In this document: positions 38,548 through 53,230 of the stretch, one piece after another
Layout of the letters: every line of letters begins with the position of its first letter
How positions within the stretch are numbered: position 1 is the stretch's first letter
NCBI RefSeq assembly: GCF_006345805.1
Contig: NC_043001.1
Location: 109,988,001 to 110,052,000 of the forward strand
Source: Octopus sinensis
Lineage: Eukaryota
DNA length: 64,000 bases
Reading direction: 5' to 3'
Position numbers and translations under genes: made by a program
Notes under the pieces: model-generated
Seen by the model: the letters and a program-made list of their open reading frames with translations, nothing else
What the model was told of the DNA's origin: nothing
Databases searched by the model: none

Positions 38548-41159
38548 CATGTAAAATTTTAAATAAATTATCAATGTATATATTCAAAATTTATTAGGGG
38601 TTTGGATGTGGGTATTTAAAGTGAGTTTCAGTAACATAGTTGATGGAAATTATAATAGGTGGGAAAAAAACTATTGAGGCAACAAAAGATTTAACGCCAT
38701 AAACTTCCATTATTACCTTGCTATTACAAAAAATAAAAGAAAAACCCCACTAAAGGTTCACGACACAACATTTAAACGACACATAACATTGAATTATCAT
38801 TTCTATTATATTTATTATTATTATTATCATTATTATTATTGTTGTTGTTATTATTATTATCATTGTTGTTGTTGTTGTTGTTTGGTTAAGTTAATGTTTA
38901 GTAATGCTTGAACTGACGCATATAATACAAGATACAATGATTTCTTTCGGTTTTATTTTCAATTTGAATAGATGGTGGCTAGCAATGACTAATATAATGA
39001 TAACGATATCGGCAGAATCTAAATATTACATAATACTAAATACTAAATTAGTAATATAGCCACAGTCTGTTGCTCCACTGGCAACATATTTTCAGCAATT
39101 GACATTATTTCCAAAGAGGCTTGCGTCGTTACAAATTCAACGCATTGAGCAAAATTAGTTTCAATTCACTAAAATCATCGTCGCTATGATTATATAAAAC
39201 GGGCTAGAAGACGAATGCTAATCACATTTGGTGAAGGCAAAGGAGAGAGATATGAAAGACAATTACTATCATAAATTCACTAAACAGATGAAGATGTTTG
39301 TGCGAGCACTCACTATTTTATGTGAATCTTGGTTATTACAGTATCAACAGTAACGTGATTTATTGTTATCAGGTTTTCTCAGCAAAGCGAATATTTTCAA
39401 TAATTGCCATAACTAGGAATAATGGTTTAAAACATAGTTATATACGAAGCATGCGTTTTGGGGTGAGATTTTAGAAGAGATTCCTAGGTATATAACCCAT
39501 TTTTAACACATTACATGAGACACTGAATTCAGTGGTGTTTGCAAAATCACGACTTGTAACTTAATTTCAGATTCTTCTAAGTTTTAAAGTAATATTTCAA
39601 GTAATACTTGATATATTAGTTAGAAAAGGAATTTGTTTTAACTTAGCCTGTCTTCGTCGATCGCTCCGAAACTTCATTATTAGCGAAAGAATTTAAGCTT
39701 CTATCTCTCGGCGTCCTATCACGCATGTGACACCTCGAAGCAGCTTGCAATATTGAACAATCCTAGAACTGCTGTCAATTCTCATTCATGTAATTATGTC
39801 TTCGCTGCACCCATGTTCTTGAAGACACTATGTGCATGGATATACATTTAGTACATCCATATATGCATATGTGCGCCTGTATATATCATTATATTATACA
39901 TAGAAAGATAGGTAGATAGATAGATAGATATAGATACACACACATTGTTATATATTGTTACATATACGTCTATATAAATAATGTAGAGTATATACCTCTC
40001 ATAAATACATGCTAAGGTTAAATGACATATTTTTATATTTTCTCTCCCTGTTTCTCTGTCTGTCGCACCGTCTGTCTGTCTCTCTTTCTCTTTCTCTTCG
40101 ACTTTCTAGCTTTTGTATTAATTCATTTAATAATCCATTTTTCACATTTAAACGATATTTTCAATGAAATTAAACCTAATTTCTATATTATTATCATATA
40201 CTAGTCCTTGTGCAAATTTGTTTCAGATATTGAATATGATAAACAATAATAATTGTTTAGTAAATAAATTCTTTGTTAGAAAGTAAATAAACACTTCGTT
40301 TTGCCCTGTACCAAAACTGCAATGACTTGTATTTACTCTGTTACGTATCGTAAATATTATATTTGTACTCAGTGAAAACCGTCTCAAAACACCAACCCCC
40401 AAAACAATGATTACTACGTTGTTATCTCTCCTATAGTTTGATTGTCAGAACAAGTGAACTTAAATGATTTTATGTTTAGAACAGAGGACAAAATGCTTTT
40501 TTAAATAGAGAGTAATAAATCGTTTATTCTCTTGCATTTAATTTTATTTTATTTATATTCTTTATTCATATATGCAATTGATTCTGTATGGGCGCATTTC
40601 GACGTATATTTCACTGAGTTAAATATTTCATGTTCATCCAGCCGAAAGCTTTCGTCTTACGCAAATAATGTTATCGCATTTTCATGGTAAAATATGTTAA
40701 TTCGAAGAACATATCTACAATCAAAAAGAAAATATAATGAATAGAATACTATTCTGAAATAGGCTCTTTCTAATTGAATTTTGAACGTAGAATATATTGA
40801 TCAGAAATCGATTTCCGGTAAATATATTATTATATTATCAAATCAGATATCTAAATTCATCCATGAAAGGCACCTAATATTTCGAGCCGTACACCAGAAA
40901 CATGAACAAAAATTGAAATTAGTATAGCAGAATTGATGAAATTATAGAATGGTAGCAAGTAAAAATCATACTCAGAATTAAATAGAGAAAAATGCTCCAT
41001 AATGCTAAACGGAACTGAGGACTATGTCTAGAAATTTAAAAGTTGTTGCTTTTTCAGAGTGTTACTGTTTTAGTCATATCCTTCCTAGGAATACGAAACG
41101 AAATTAATTATTAGATGATTTAAGGATAAAGGAGTCATATAGACACGTAACGCTGGTTA

Positions 41160-41408
41160 TGAGTCATAAGACTTCTCGGGTCATATAGACACATAAGGGC
41201 CGGTTTCTCGGTTTCCATGGCATTTATATTCCCAATCTGCACGAGACGCCGGTCCATCGCAGTATTACACATTTTTGCCAGTTGTGTGGACGGGAGCAAC
41301 GTGAAATGAAGTGTTTTCCTCAAGAACACAACGCGTCGCCCGCTCCAGGAATAGAGACCACAATTCTACGATCATGGGCCCAACACCCTAATCACTAATC
41401 TCCGCACG
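41160..41408 (-). mobile_element. tRNA-derived SINE, family F
   Basis: Same CORE-like block as D/E (GTGTTCTTGAGGAAAACACTTCATTTCACGTTGCTCC); different tail GCGATGGACCGGCGTC..GCCATGGAAACCGAGAAACCGGCCC. Confidence 0.7.
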
Positions 41409-41762
41409 TCCACATTAAATAATTCAACGTGGAGCAATTGAAGTCATGCGTTAAATCATGTGTATTGTGTGTACAATTATTTATAAAACAAAATGATGAA
41501 TGATTATAAGACCCAACAACAATATTCAACTAAATAGTTGGAGATAACTTCGCCACAGCTTAAATATTCACTGCATTGTGGCGAGATATTTGCAAAGGTT
41601 TCTGTAAAAAAATAACGATGCGTTTTGTAAATAATAAATGTATCTCAAGAATAAGGTATTTCTCGGTATGTAAATATATTTGGATTACTACGGAGCAAAT
41701 TGCTAACCTTCTGGTCCAAGTCGTGTTCTATGTATACCTCTTTAGTAATATATACTTATATA

Positions 41763-41801
<39 letters not shown>

Positions 41802-42196
41802 TTAACAGTTTATAATGAATTTGCCAACACTGAAACAAGATGTAGCTGGGTTTGCATATGTTCCAGTTTAGAGTTATTTATAATTTGATTCGAATCTAGC
41901 ATTATTTGGCCGTGGATGTACGTGTAAAATGTGGTATATCGTAAAAGGAACACGTTACACCTATTTAAAGACAATATATTGCTAATCCTATTATCTTAAT
42001 CGTGGATTAAGAAATGCTACTGTCGATTCACATGGAAATAGTTATCTTCGCCTTTAATCATAACTAATAACATTAAAACGTTGTACGTCCTTTAAAAAAT
42101 CTAAAATTATTATTGTTATTATTATTATTATTATTATTGGCAAATCTATTCTTACATTGTATATGAACGCACAGATACAAATACATAAATATATAC

Positions 42197-42250
<54 letters not shown>

Positions 42251-42699
42251 GGACATATACACAGAAATGTGAATATATTTGTGATATACGTATGTGTGCA
42301 TGTATAATTAAATGATTGTAGTGAATGAAAATTTAGTGGTTTGAGACACAGAGAATTTGCATAAATGCCCTCTTAGTCATGTCATAAATGTTCATGGAAC
42401 GGAGCGTTGATTTATTATACAACATATCTAGAAAAATACTTATTTAATGAGAAAATGTGAGCCCTATTGTTTGAAAATTTCACATGAAGACCTCCTCCTC
42501 ATCGTCTTTACATCACATGTCACATTCATCATGATCGTTATCATCATGATCTTGATCATTATCATTCTTATCATCATCATCATCATCATTGTCATGTTCG
42601 TCGTGGTCATCATCGTTGTCGTCGTCGTGGCCATCGTCATCGTCATCATTATCATCATATTTGTTTCCTCTTTCTCTTGATATTGCCATACGAGGCTTT

Positions 42700-42870
42700 A
42701 CAGAGAGGAACATCCAAGATTTTTGCAGATACAGGGAGGAAAGGCCACACCAGTACTTGAGTGGTTATTTAATTTATCGATCACGGAATGATGCAAAGCT
42801 AGTTTGATCTCAGCGAGATTGCAGCTGAAAACGTAATTCGGGCGGAGTAAATACTGCGATTCTGACAGTT
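42700..42870 (-). mobile_element. Strongly decayed SINE A
   Basis: TAATTTATCGATCACGGAATGATG..GATTCTGACAGTTC. Confidence 0.45.
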
Positions 42871-43179
42871 CAATGTTTAAGCATAGAAAAGAACTAACGT
42901 TGCGTAAAAATTAATAATACTCATTATAATTCCAATTATTGTTGCTGTTGTTGTTGTTAATGTTATTCGATCTTTGAGTTTTGCTTACAAGTTTCTTGAT
43001 GTCAAATCGTGTGTTAAATCAAATCTTGTTATATCTTGGGGAAATCATTACACGAATAATAATAAGCACACGCACCGGATTTATTTCACTTCGCTATTTT
43101 TAGTTAATATATTAGTTATCTTAACAACCAAATCATCTATCGCTTTTTTAATCTGTTGGTTAAACAATCACTCAGTTGG

Positions 43180-43244
43180 TTAAACAATCAACCTGGTCAT
43201 CCTCATCTGCGATATCTCTTCTCTGCTCGATATCTGATTCAAGT
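43180..43244 (-). CDS. Speculative terminal exon of the EF-hand gene
   Basis: Acceptor TAATTTTCATACAG; phase-1 reading gives (C)DLNQISSREEISQMRMTRLIV*. Confidence 0.25.
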
Positions 43245-44763
43245 CTGTATGAAAATTACTCCTTAGTTTTTCTACATATACAGCTGTGGTCTCTTTCAAG
43301 AGAAGGGAATTGAGAGAATTAAGGACGTGCATGTGTCTGTGAGTATGTGTGTGTATGTGACACGAGTACGTGTCCAAATGTGTGTGCGCGCTCGCTCAAC
43401 TGACTGCATGTATGCGTATGCGTGTGCGTTGAGCATATATGACCACTTTAGTGATTTGTTCCCTCTATTCCAGGTCAAATCAGCTTCAAATCTGCCTATC
43501 AACCCGTAAATATTTAAGGATACATTGTAGTTCGTTATGTAAATGGACTTTCAAAAACAAATGATTGAGTGCTTAACCAACTAATTATACAAATAATCGC
43601 TTAATTGCGTAGATAAGTAACCAACTGGGTAGCAGTAAAAATGTGAATTTGACTCACTTCGTGTGTATATTTTTATTGGCGTAATGCTCCCCCCAGTATA
43701 CAAAGAGATTATTATTAGTTAATTAGAACCCTTTCAGTTTAACAACCAGAATTATATATCATGTTAAAATATTCTCAACATCAATAAAACATATATTTAA
43801 GATTTGATAAATGGATATCTTTATAGTCCCATACTCTACAAAATAAAATCGTTCACAGATAAATATAACTGCTTTAATTTGTCTTAATTACTTGGTGAAA
43901 CATGATATTCAAGAAACAACTAACATTACTGAAATAACTGGTCAAATAAGATATAAACTGACATTGTTATGTGGAATGATTACTGTTAAAAGTAAGGATG
44001 TGATAAAGGTGACAAAAAGCCATAATGGAAACGCACATTTCATGATGTAACTTTAAAAATATATCAAGAAGCATTTAGTTTTTAAATCGTTATTTACTCA
44101 AAATTGTAATGGAGTAACTTTGATATTTCAATGTTTTAAACGGTTTTCGTGAAACGGTAGAAGACAGGTTAATATATTTTAACAAGCGCGTAGCACACAT
44201 GATTGAAATGAAGGAAGTGTTGGACTTACGATACTTAACGTGAATGATGATGCAGTATGGAGACACGAAAAATTATACGATTTAAAACATTACAATAAAT
44301 ATGTATAACATTTAACATATAATTATTTCTACGTTCGAAAACATGCAACTATATATTCAGAGTTAGAGTGTTATACTTCATCAATAAACATATTCTCAGT
44401 TCTCAACATGTATAATGTATATATAGAACGTATGTGTAATTTGAGTTTACATTTCATTGTCAATCCCTTCATAGTTAACGTTATATAAACTTGAGCTTTT
44501 CTTGTAAACTTTCAGAATGCTTCATTTTCATTCATTAGAAAAACACAAAGGCGATCAATAGGGAAATACAGATATATAACGCACTAAAATATGCATTTCC
44601 CTCTTGAACATATATATATATATATATATATATAAAACACACACACACACACATATATATATATGTACACACACATACACATATACGTGTGTGTGCATAT
44701 GAATAATTCTATGCATCTCTGTCTATATTTGCATATCTATATCTATATTTATATCTACCTATA

Positions 44764-44806
<43 letters not shown>

Positions 44807-45442
44807 GTGATTTTATGCATGGCTATGATTAAGTAAGTGTTTTGTTGGAACTCTTTGCTTCGATTTTATGCCTTACAATGAAACAGATGAAGCAAATATT
44901 TGTATCTTAATATTTCCGTAATAACAACAGCAACAGCAATAAAAATAATAATACTAGTAATAATATTTTAATTATTCGCATAATAATAGCCAATTTTGTT
45001 GTTTAGCAGTGAGCTAAAAGCTTACTTCGTAATTATACCGACAAAACAGTTGAACTACACCATATGGAGCGGATACGATAGGAAGTTCTAAACCAGATCA
45101 ATACTAATTGTTACATTTGGAGCGACGCAAACATTCCTGGAATGATATCGTCAAATTAACTTCAAGTAACTACGGGGATTTTAGGAAAAAATTTCTTTAT
45201 GAAAGAGAAACCGAAGGCATTGTTAGGACACTCACGTGATGTATGTTGGCACTGACCATTTTGTTTTTCACAATCATTTGGTAACAGAGTATTCTCTTTA
45301 ATTCGAGCAAGCTTGTTACTCCTCACACATTTTGCGTGTTTAACGTTCAATATTTACATTACTATTTAAAAATTCTGCATACATATTCTCGAAGTATACT
45401 AATTCTTGTTTGAAGTCAAGAAATGCCTGATATATTCCTCAA

Positions 45443-45463
45443 ATAATAATAATAATAATAATA

Positions 45464-45498
<35 letters not shown>

Positions 45499-45499
45499 C

Positions 45500-45580
<81 letters not shown>

Positions 45581-45701
45581 GGGAATGCATACAATGCCCT
45601 TCTCTGCCCGAGGTGTATGGAAAACACTAGGCTAGAAGCGGAAGAAAATTTGAAGAGAAAACATAATAATAATAATAACCATAATACTAATAATAATAGT
45701 G

Positions 45702-45733
<32 letters not shown>

Positions 45734-45822
45734 ATTGATAATGATAATAATAATAATGATAATGATAATATTGATAATGATAATAATAATAAACTAATGA
45801 GAATAATAATAAACTAATGAGA

Positions 45823-45868
<46 letters not shown>

Positions 45869-45910
45869 TAATATTATTATTATTATTATTATCATCATTA
45901 TTATTATTTT
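45443..45910. repeat. (TAA)n field containing an 85-bp unique island (45581-45665) and an (AAT)n-to-(ATT)n switch
   Basis: Read directly; the island ends ..GAAGAGAAAACAT-AATAAT. Confidence 0.85.
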
Positions 45911-46223
45911 TATAAAAGCACCGTCGCTGTGAATTTTCGTTCCATTTCCCTTCTTTTTATTTGTTTACTTTCCTATTTTTTTCTTTTTCTCTCTGTCTTC
46001 CTCTTTTGCTGTGTCACATGATTCTGTAAATGAACAATGCGGTGTGCTTGTTTTAATGGCCTACCAATATATACGATGCGTTTCTCTGCCCTAGGTGTCA
46101 GGAAGACACTCGGAAAGAAATGGGAAACAGAATGGAAAGAAGATGCTAATGAAAATAATAATAATACTAATGATAATAATGATGATGATGATGATGATGA
46201 TGACGATGATGATGGTGATGATG

Positions 46224-46297
<74 letters not shown>

Positions 46298-46310
46298 CAA
46301 TAACAACAAT

Positions 46311-46530
46311 ATCGGTCTCAAAAATAAATATCTTAATAGATGTCCCAAAAATTTGGCATTTAAGAGCGAAACTGTACCTGTCATCATGGATTTGTGTGGA
46401 AATGAGTTACAAGTAAATATCATTCAGAAACGCCATGGCCAAAATTTATGTAATTCCAAAGTATTAGAACTACAAAAAATGTTCTCGTGTGTACTTGCCA
46501 AGTCCTAAGAAAAACACTCCCAATTTAAGA
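46311..46530 (+). pseudogene. 3' end of an R4/Dong-like LINE directly after (AAT)n
   Basis: KSETVPVIMD..ELQK/VLVCTCQVLRKTLPI*, compared with the REL C-terminal pattern T.PV.IG.LG..IQK..LLGTA.ILR..L. Confidence 0.6.
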
Positions 46531-46719
46531 ATTCGTGTTTCTCATAAAACTCTTGCAAAGCCGAAATATTACAAATTTAACAGAATCTTAGTTTTCAGAA
46601 TCTTATGTTCTTTTCCTACAATATAACATGGTCAATCATCAATTGTACTCATTCTGGAACAGCCCCGCATAACACAAACAACAACAACAACGGAAATAAA
46701 AATCTTTTTTTCACATTTT

Positions 46720-46920
46720 CCCACAAGGCCAGCATCACTAGGAAAAGGGGATAGTTGATTACATCAATCGCATTTCTTGAATATTATTTTATTTTAACGA
46801 TCTCGAAAGGATGAAAACCAAAGTAGACCATGGGCTCATTAGAATTCAGTACATAATCGGGAGCTGGAAGAAATAGCTCTGAGTATCTTCCGATGCATTC
46901 AGGATTCTGCCAGCTCACCA
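46720..46920 (-). mobile_element. Decayed SINE A
   Basis: CGAAAGGATGAAAACCAAAGTAGACC..GATTCTGCCAGCTCACC. Confidence 0.55.
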
Positions 46921-46922
46921 AC

Positions 46923-46964
<42 letters not shown>

Positions 46965-47823
46965 TAATAATAATAATAATAATAATAATAGTAATAATAA
47001 TAATAATAATAGTAATAATAATAATTATGATAATAATAGTAATATTAATGATGATCATAATGAAATGATAATAATAATGATAATGAGGGTAAAAATAAAA
47101 TAATAATAATAGTAATAATAATAATGATATAATAATAATATAATTTTTATTTTCAAATTTTTGTTGGCGGAATAAAATATCCCTAAACAGAAATGTACTC
47201 AGGTTAAAGTTTAATAAAATGAAATATCTATAATGGTTGGTTTGAAGTCACACAAAATCCATATTTGTAGGTGAAACTGGGCCAAAAATTAAAATAATCA
47301 AACAGCTAGTTTTACCGGTGTTACATTAACTTCGACTTACACAATATACACATCATATACAATGGGTTACATCGCAGATAAAACAAAAATATATTTGCAA
47401 TATGGTAGGAGTTTTATGATCAATTAACAGAAACAAAGAAATATGAAAAATAAATCCATTATTAACAACGAATAACGAAATATTCATACATCAGTAGCAC
47501 ATAAAATTGAGCTTGCCAATACAATAAAATATGTCAAATTAATTGAAGTTTAAAATAAAGGAATAATAAGTATGACATCACACAAAAGCCGAAAAATATA
47601 TATAATAATTATCATAAAACTTGAAAACAAATAAAAATTGACGCTATCTAATTTTTTTTTTTTGCCAAAGGGTAAATATATATGTTTATTCAGGATATTT
47701 ACAGGTACTCATTGTTGTCCACTCAGAAGTCTTTATTTTTTTCTTGTTGTAGTTACTGCTGAAGTTGTTGAAGTAGTTTTGCATGCTTTGAATGTTTTGC
47801 GTCGTTAATAGATGTGAATGTTT

Positions 47824-47895
<72 letters not shown>

Positions 47896-48222
47896 TACAT
47901 ATATATATATGCATGTATATATATACTCACATACATGCATATATACGTATATATATGTGTGTGTGTAAATATATCTATATCTATATATATATATATATAA
48001 TATATATATATATATTTGCACATAGATATTCACATAAATAATTATAGAAATATATGTATATATATCTGCATAATGTATATATATATATAAATACATATAT
48101 ATATTATATATAAGTATATATCAATATGTATGTATATATATAAGTATATCGATGTGTATGTATATATGTATAATATATATATATATATAATATATATATA
48201 TACAATATATATATATATATAC

Positions 48223-48307
<85 letters not shown>

Positions 48308-48816
48308 GGTGTTATACATATATATATATATTGTATATGTTATCGGTTGAAATGATTATTGATTAATAAATGTATATTAAAAAAAGAAAATCGTTCCCAG
48401 ACGTAACAAATCTAGTTGAAGGATTCTTCATATCACAGAAAGTATTGTACGTATGGGTGAATGCACAAACAGTTCTATATGCATGCACCTATAACAATAA
48501 AATTAGTGCGCATATATATATATATCTAGATACAAATCGCAGTACATGCTAAATTGGTGTATTATCTAAATCTATTGTGGAAAGAACGTTTCCGTTTATT
48601 ACCAGGCACATCTATTCATATATTTACACAACAACATACACATATGCACACACATAAATCTGTATTTACGTATCTGTGAATATGTATATCAACACACATA
48701 CAGACGAATATATACATATATACATACATACGTACAATCACACACACACATATATATGTGCTCATATATACGCATACATGAGCACATATTTTTATAAGCT
48801 TGCATACATCATATGG

Positions 48817-48863
<47 letters not shown>

Positions 48864-49061
48864 TATATATATATACAGATACACACATATATATATATAT
48901 ATATATGCATACATTCATATATTTATATTTACAAATATATGTAAATATAATTGTATGCATATACATACGAACTCACAGACACACATACCGGTGTCCATGT
49001 TCGTTTATTCATTATATATTCAACCCTCATATACACCTATGCCACTCTCTCTGTCTCTCTC

Positions 49062-49110
<49 letters not shown>

Positions 49111-50271
49111 GGGCATATTAATGAAGGAAATAACACAGCAAAATAAAAAAAAAGTTTCTATTAAATTGTGTTGGTCTTGGTTGTGTTTTCTCCGCTTAAA
49201 AGATTTTTTTCATGTAAAAGAACAGTGGTAGGCAAAAAGGGAAAGAAAATTTAAGTTAATTCCATTAAGTCATCTTGGTAGGATAGCTTAACTTAACCTA
49301 CGACAATTCTCTCGCTTTTTCTATAGGATATGGCTATGATTGTATTGCTTGATTTTTCTCCTTCCATTTGGACCTATCTGATTGTTTCATATCGCTTCTA
49401 CATAAACCCAGGCAATTTATTTTAATATTTTTCATATGTATAATCACGATATCGTGAAAACACTCGACTACTTATATTTTCCTTTCATAATTGCAATATC
49501 ATTCTAGAATAATTACTCCTCTACCGGAGCACCAACTGCAATCATATCTCCTTACTTAAATATCATATTTTAAACCTCAATTTTCATCGGATGTTATCCT
49601 ATTATATCGTGTAATCAAAGTTATTCTCCATATTTTCTTTATTCGTTACCAAATCTAATACCATATTCTACATGATTAAGACCACCAACAACACCGCCAA
49701 CAATAACACCGCCACCGTCACCGCAGCCACAACCGTTATGATTATCGTTGTCATCGTCGTGGTTGTAATGATCATCATCATTGTCATCATTATCTATATA
49801 AGCATAACAATTATCCTCCTCGTCATCATCGCCGTTATATTGTCTCCTATAAAACTCTCTGCCACTCCTGTAGCTCTTTCTGTCAACATTTACACCATCG
49901 TCGTCATCATCGGACGCTAATATGGCCGTCGTCATCGACGTCAAAGATGTCCATGTCGTCGTCATCTTGAAAATCCTCTTCTATCGCTCTAAACATTACC
50001 ACAACCATCAGCAACATTACCAACACTCATCAACATCACCCATCACTACCGTTATTGCCCTCCCCTTCCATCCGCAAAATCACCACCACCAACATCAATA
50101 CTACCACCACTGTCACCATGCTCTTCCTACTCCACCTCCTCATTCTTATTTTTATATAACAGCGTTTTTTTTCACCGTTTTCAACATGCCTCTGTTTCTA
50201 TACACTATGTTCCGCAGATCCTGTCGTCTCTCATTGTCATTCTTCCCCATAGTCCGCTTTGCCGCTTCTAA

Positions 50272-50505
50272 ATCTATTTCTTTACTACCCACAAGGGGCT
50301 AAACACAGAGGAGATAAACAAGGACAGACAAACGGATTAAGTCGATTACATCGACCCCAGTGCACAACTGGTACTTAATTTATCGACCCCGAAAGGATGA
50401 AAGGCAAAGTTGACCTCGGCGGAATTTGAACTCAGAACGTAACGGCAGACGAAATATGGCTACGCATTTCGCCCGGCGTGCTAACGTTTCTGCCAGCTCG
50501 CCGCC
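50272..50505 (-). mobile_element. SINE family A, full length, well preserved
   Basis: Complete head, core and tail. Confidence 0.92.
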
Positions 50506-53185
50506 TAAATCTGTCAGGTTTAGCCTCAGAAACAAAACCGCCTCTAACACTAGTAAAAATTATATTAATCAAGACTATCTCCCCACTCTCTCTCTCTCTT
50601 CTCCCCAGCACAACCGTCAACATTGCAATCAACAGCCCTATTATCATTATTATATCAATTATCATTCTAAAACTTATTATCTTAGCTTCATTATCATCTA
50701 AGGTAATATCCTCCAAACAACAGCGCGCATCATCACATTCATCGTCGTCAACGCAATCATATTATGATCATCATGATCATCATCATTATAATCAATAACA
50801 TCGCGGTCACCATCCTCCTCCTATTGCTACTCTTCCTCCTCCTCTCCTTCACCACCCTCATTTTCATAATCATCATTCCCATCATTACCATCCCCTTCTC
50901 AGCACCCGATTTTGCCATCACAACATTTCTTTTACTAATCAAGTGTGCCCATCTTAAAAATGCCATTAGCATCACGCACTCCCTCCTCCACCATTCCTCC
51001 TCCTTTTCTTTCTCTTAATCATGATCATGAACATCAATTCCACAATCATGATGACCATTATCGCTGTAATCACGATTATTACTGAAATTATTTAAATGCG
51101 TATTAAGTGTCCTTCAGCTCAAATAATCAACGAGGCAATTAAACATATTCATATCGTAAAGAAGACACCGCTCTGGGTTACTTTTTTTCCATTTACTTTT
51201 ATCTTTTTTCACTTTGGCCAAACTCTTTTTCTACATTATAACCTCTAAAGCTCATGGAACTCTAAGAAACATCCCTTGTCCACGTGTATATACTATATTA
51301 TTGATATTACTTATATCTCACCACATACTACCATGCATAAATTATATAGTTCTGTAGCTCATTCAAATACATTGGTCTGACATTTTGTGTTTGAATGTTT
51401 GTTGTAAGTATTACATAAAATTATATATCTTTTTTTCAATGTTTCATTTTAAACATTTGAAATTTTTATCTTACATTGAGTGATGTGAAATCCTCTTCCA
51501 ATTATACTTTTAAAATTCCAACAATTTTGAGATTTATTAATGCTAGTCGCATTTGTAAAAATAAAACAAGTGTAAATCTGTTGAAATATATTTCAACGTC
51601 GTCATTATCACACATTAATATTTAATTTTTTTTTTAAATTTTCGCTTCAACATTTATTATTGTTTTGTTTATATTCCATTTTAAGGGATATTGATATTTT
51701 ACATTTAAAGATGCGTGTTGAGAACCAACAAAAATATGTAAAATTCTAGAGGTTTTTTTAAAGGAAATCGCAATAGTTATATTTCCCCAAACACTGACGT
51801 GACTTTTCTATTCTCGTTTGTTCTACAGTGTTACTTTTCTGTTTAATATTTACCGAATACATTACAATCATCATAACCTATATGTGAATTCGTCAGTATG
51901 ATGATAATACTGTCATTGGCGTACTTCCATGGGGGGCAATTACTTCTCATTCTTCTGCACGTTATTATTAAGATATTATATATATTTTTATACATGAGTA
52001 AAAGCTTATACGAGGTATCCTGAGATTAAGTTGGAGAAACAATACAAGCGTCCAATTGTTCATCAATGCAAACGTGCTTATATGTGTGTACATACAAACA
52101 TGCATAAATACTATATATGTATGCAAAATATATATATGTGTGTGTGTATTTATATACATGTGTATATAAACAAATTTATAAATTTATATATCTTTATATA
52201 TGTGAATATATATACATGCGTATACATATATGCATCTATATATATGTGTGTGTATAGATAGATATTCTAGATATACATACTGAGAGGCACACATGCACAC
52301 TTACACATACATACGTACATAATATATATATATGTGTGTGTGTGTGTGTATGATCAGGGCCGATTGATAGATTGATCGATGGAGGTGTAGATGTCTAAAA
52401 GAAATCTACATGGGGATACTTTGTCTAAAGAAAGGAATATATTAGTAGTTATTCCTGTATATATATATATATATTATATATATATATATATTATATATAT
52501 ATATATATATTACAGGAAAGTGTATGTTAATGCACGTGTAACAGACACCGTTTGTGTGTTGTGTGGGGGGATGTCTGGGTGTTAATATATGCATTTATAC
52601 GCACACACACATATATATATGTGTATTTATACATATACATATATATATGTATGTATATGCATGTATATATCTGTATATATGTACGCATATATTTATTCAT
52701 ATTGTAAATGCATTGTATTATGGCTGATACGTAGCTGTATAAATATATAGAGATGGGGAGAGAAAGAGAGAGGGAGAGAGAGAGAACTGAGTCTTTAACT
52801 CTGCAATAATGGTCTAAGTATATTATTGATGGATGTAGAGATTAAAACTGTCTTTATCCAAATTACACATTTATGGCTATAATTAGTGACCACGAAATTC
52901 TTATGTAATATTTAGCCCTTGAATTTCTTATTTTTTCTGTCCCTTCTGATTTTTCTGTGTAACCAAAGGGGGGCATAATTATGTTCTTCATTGGAACATT
53001 ACAATAAGGCATATTATGATTTAGCAATATTGCGTCAGTGTAAATTTTATGCTTATTTTATTCTATTCTAAACACTTTCTCCCAGTAGGGCATATACATA
53101 TGACCATTTGATTTGGTTTCTCGAATCGTTTTTTTGCTGAATAATTCTGTTATTTTGTATGTAATTTAACTCATATATATATATA

Positions 53186-53230
<45 letters not shown>

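Noticed and set aside
45162-45350. NDCEKQNGQCQH (EGF-like) with a GTGAGT donor
   Set aside because: Incomplete Cys pattern and no credible acceptor.
49639-51080. His/Ile/Thr/Asp-rich ORFs (also 42447-42807)
   Set aside because: Degenerate (CAT)n/(CAC)n triplet low-complexity DNA.
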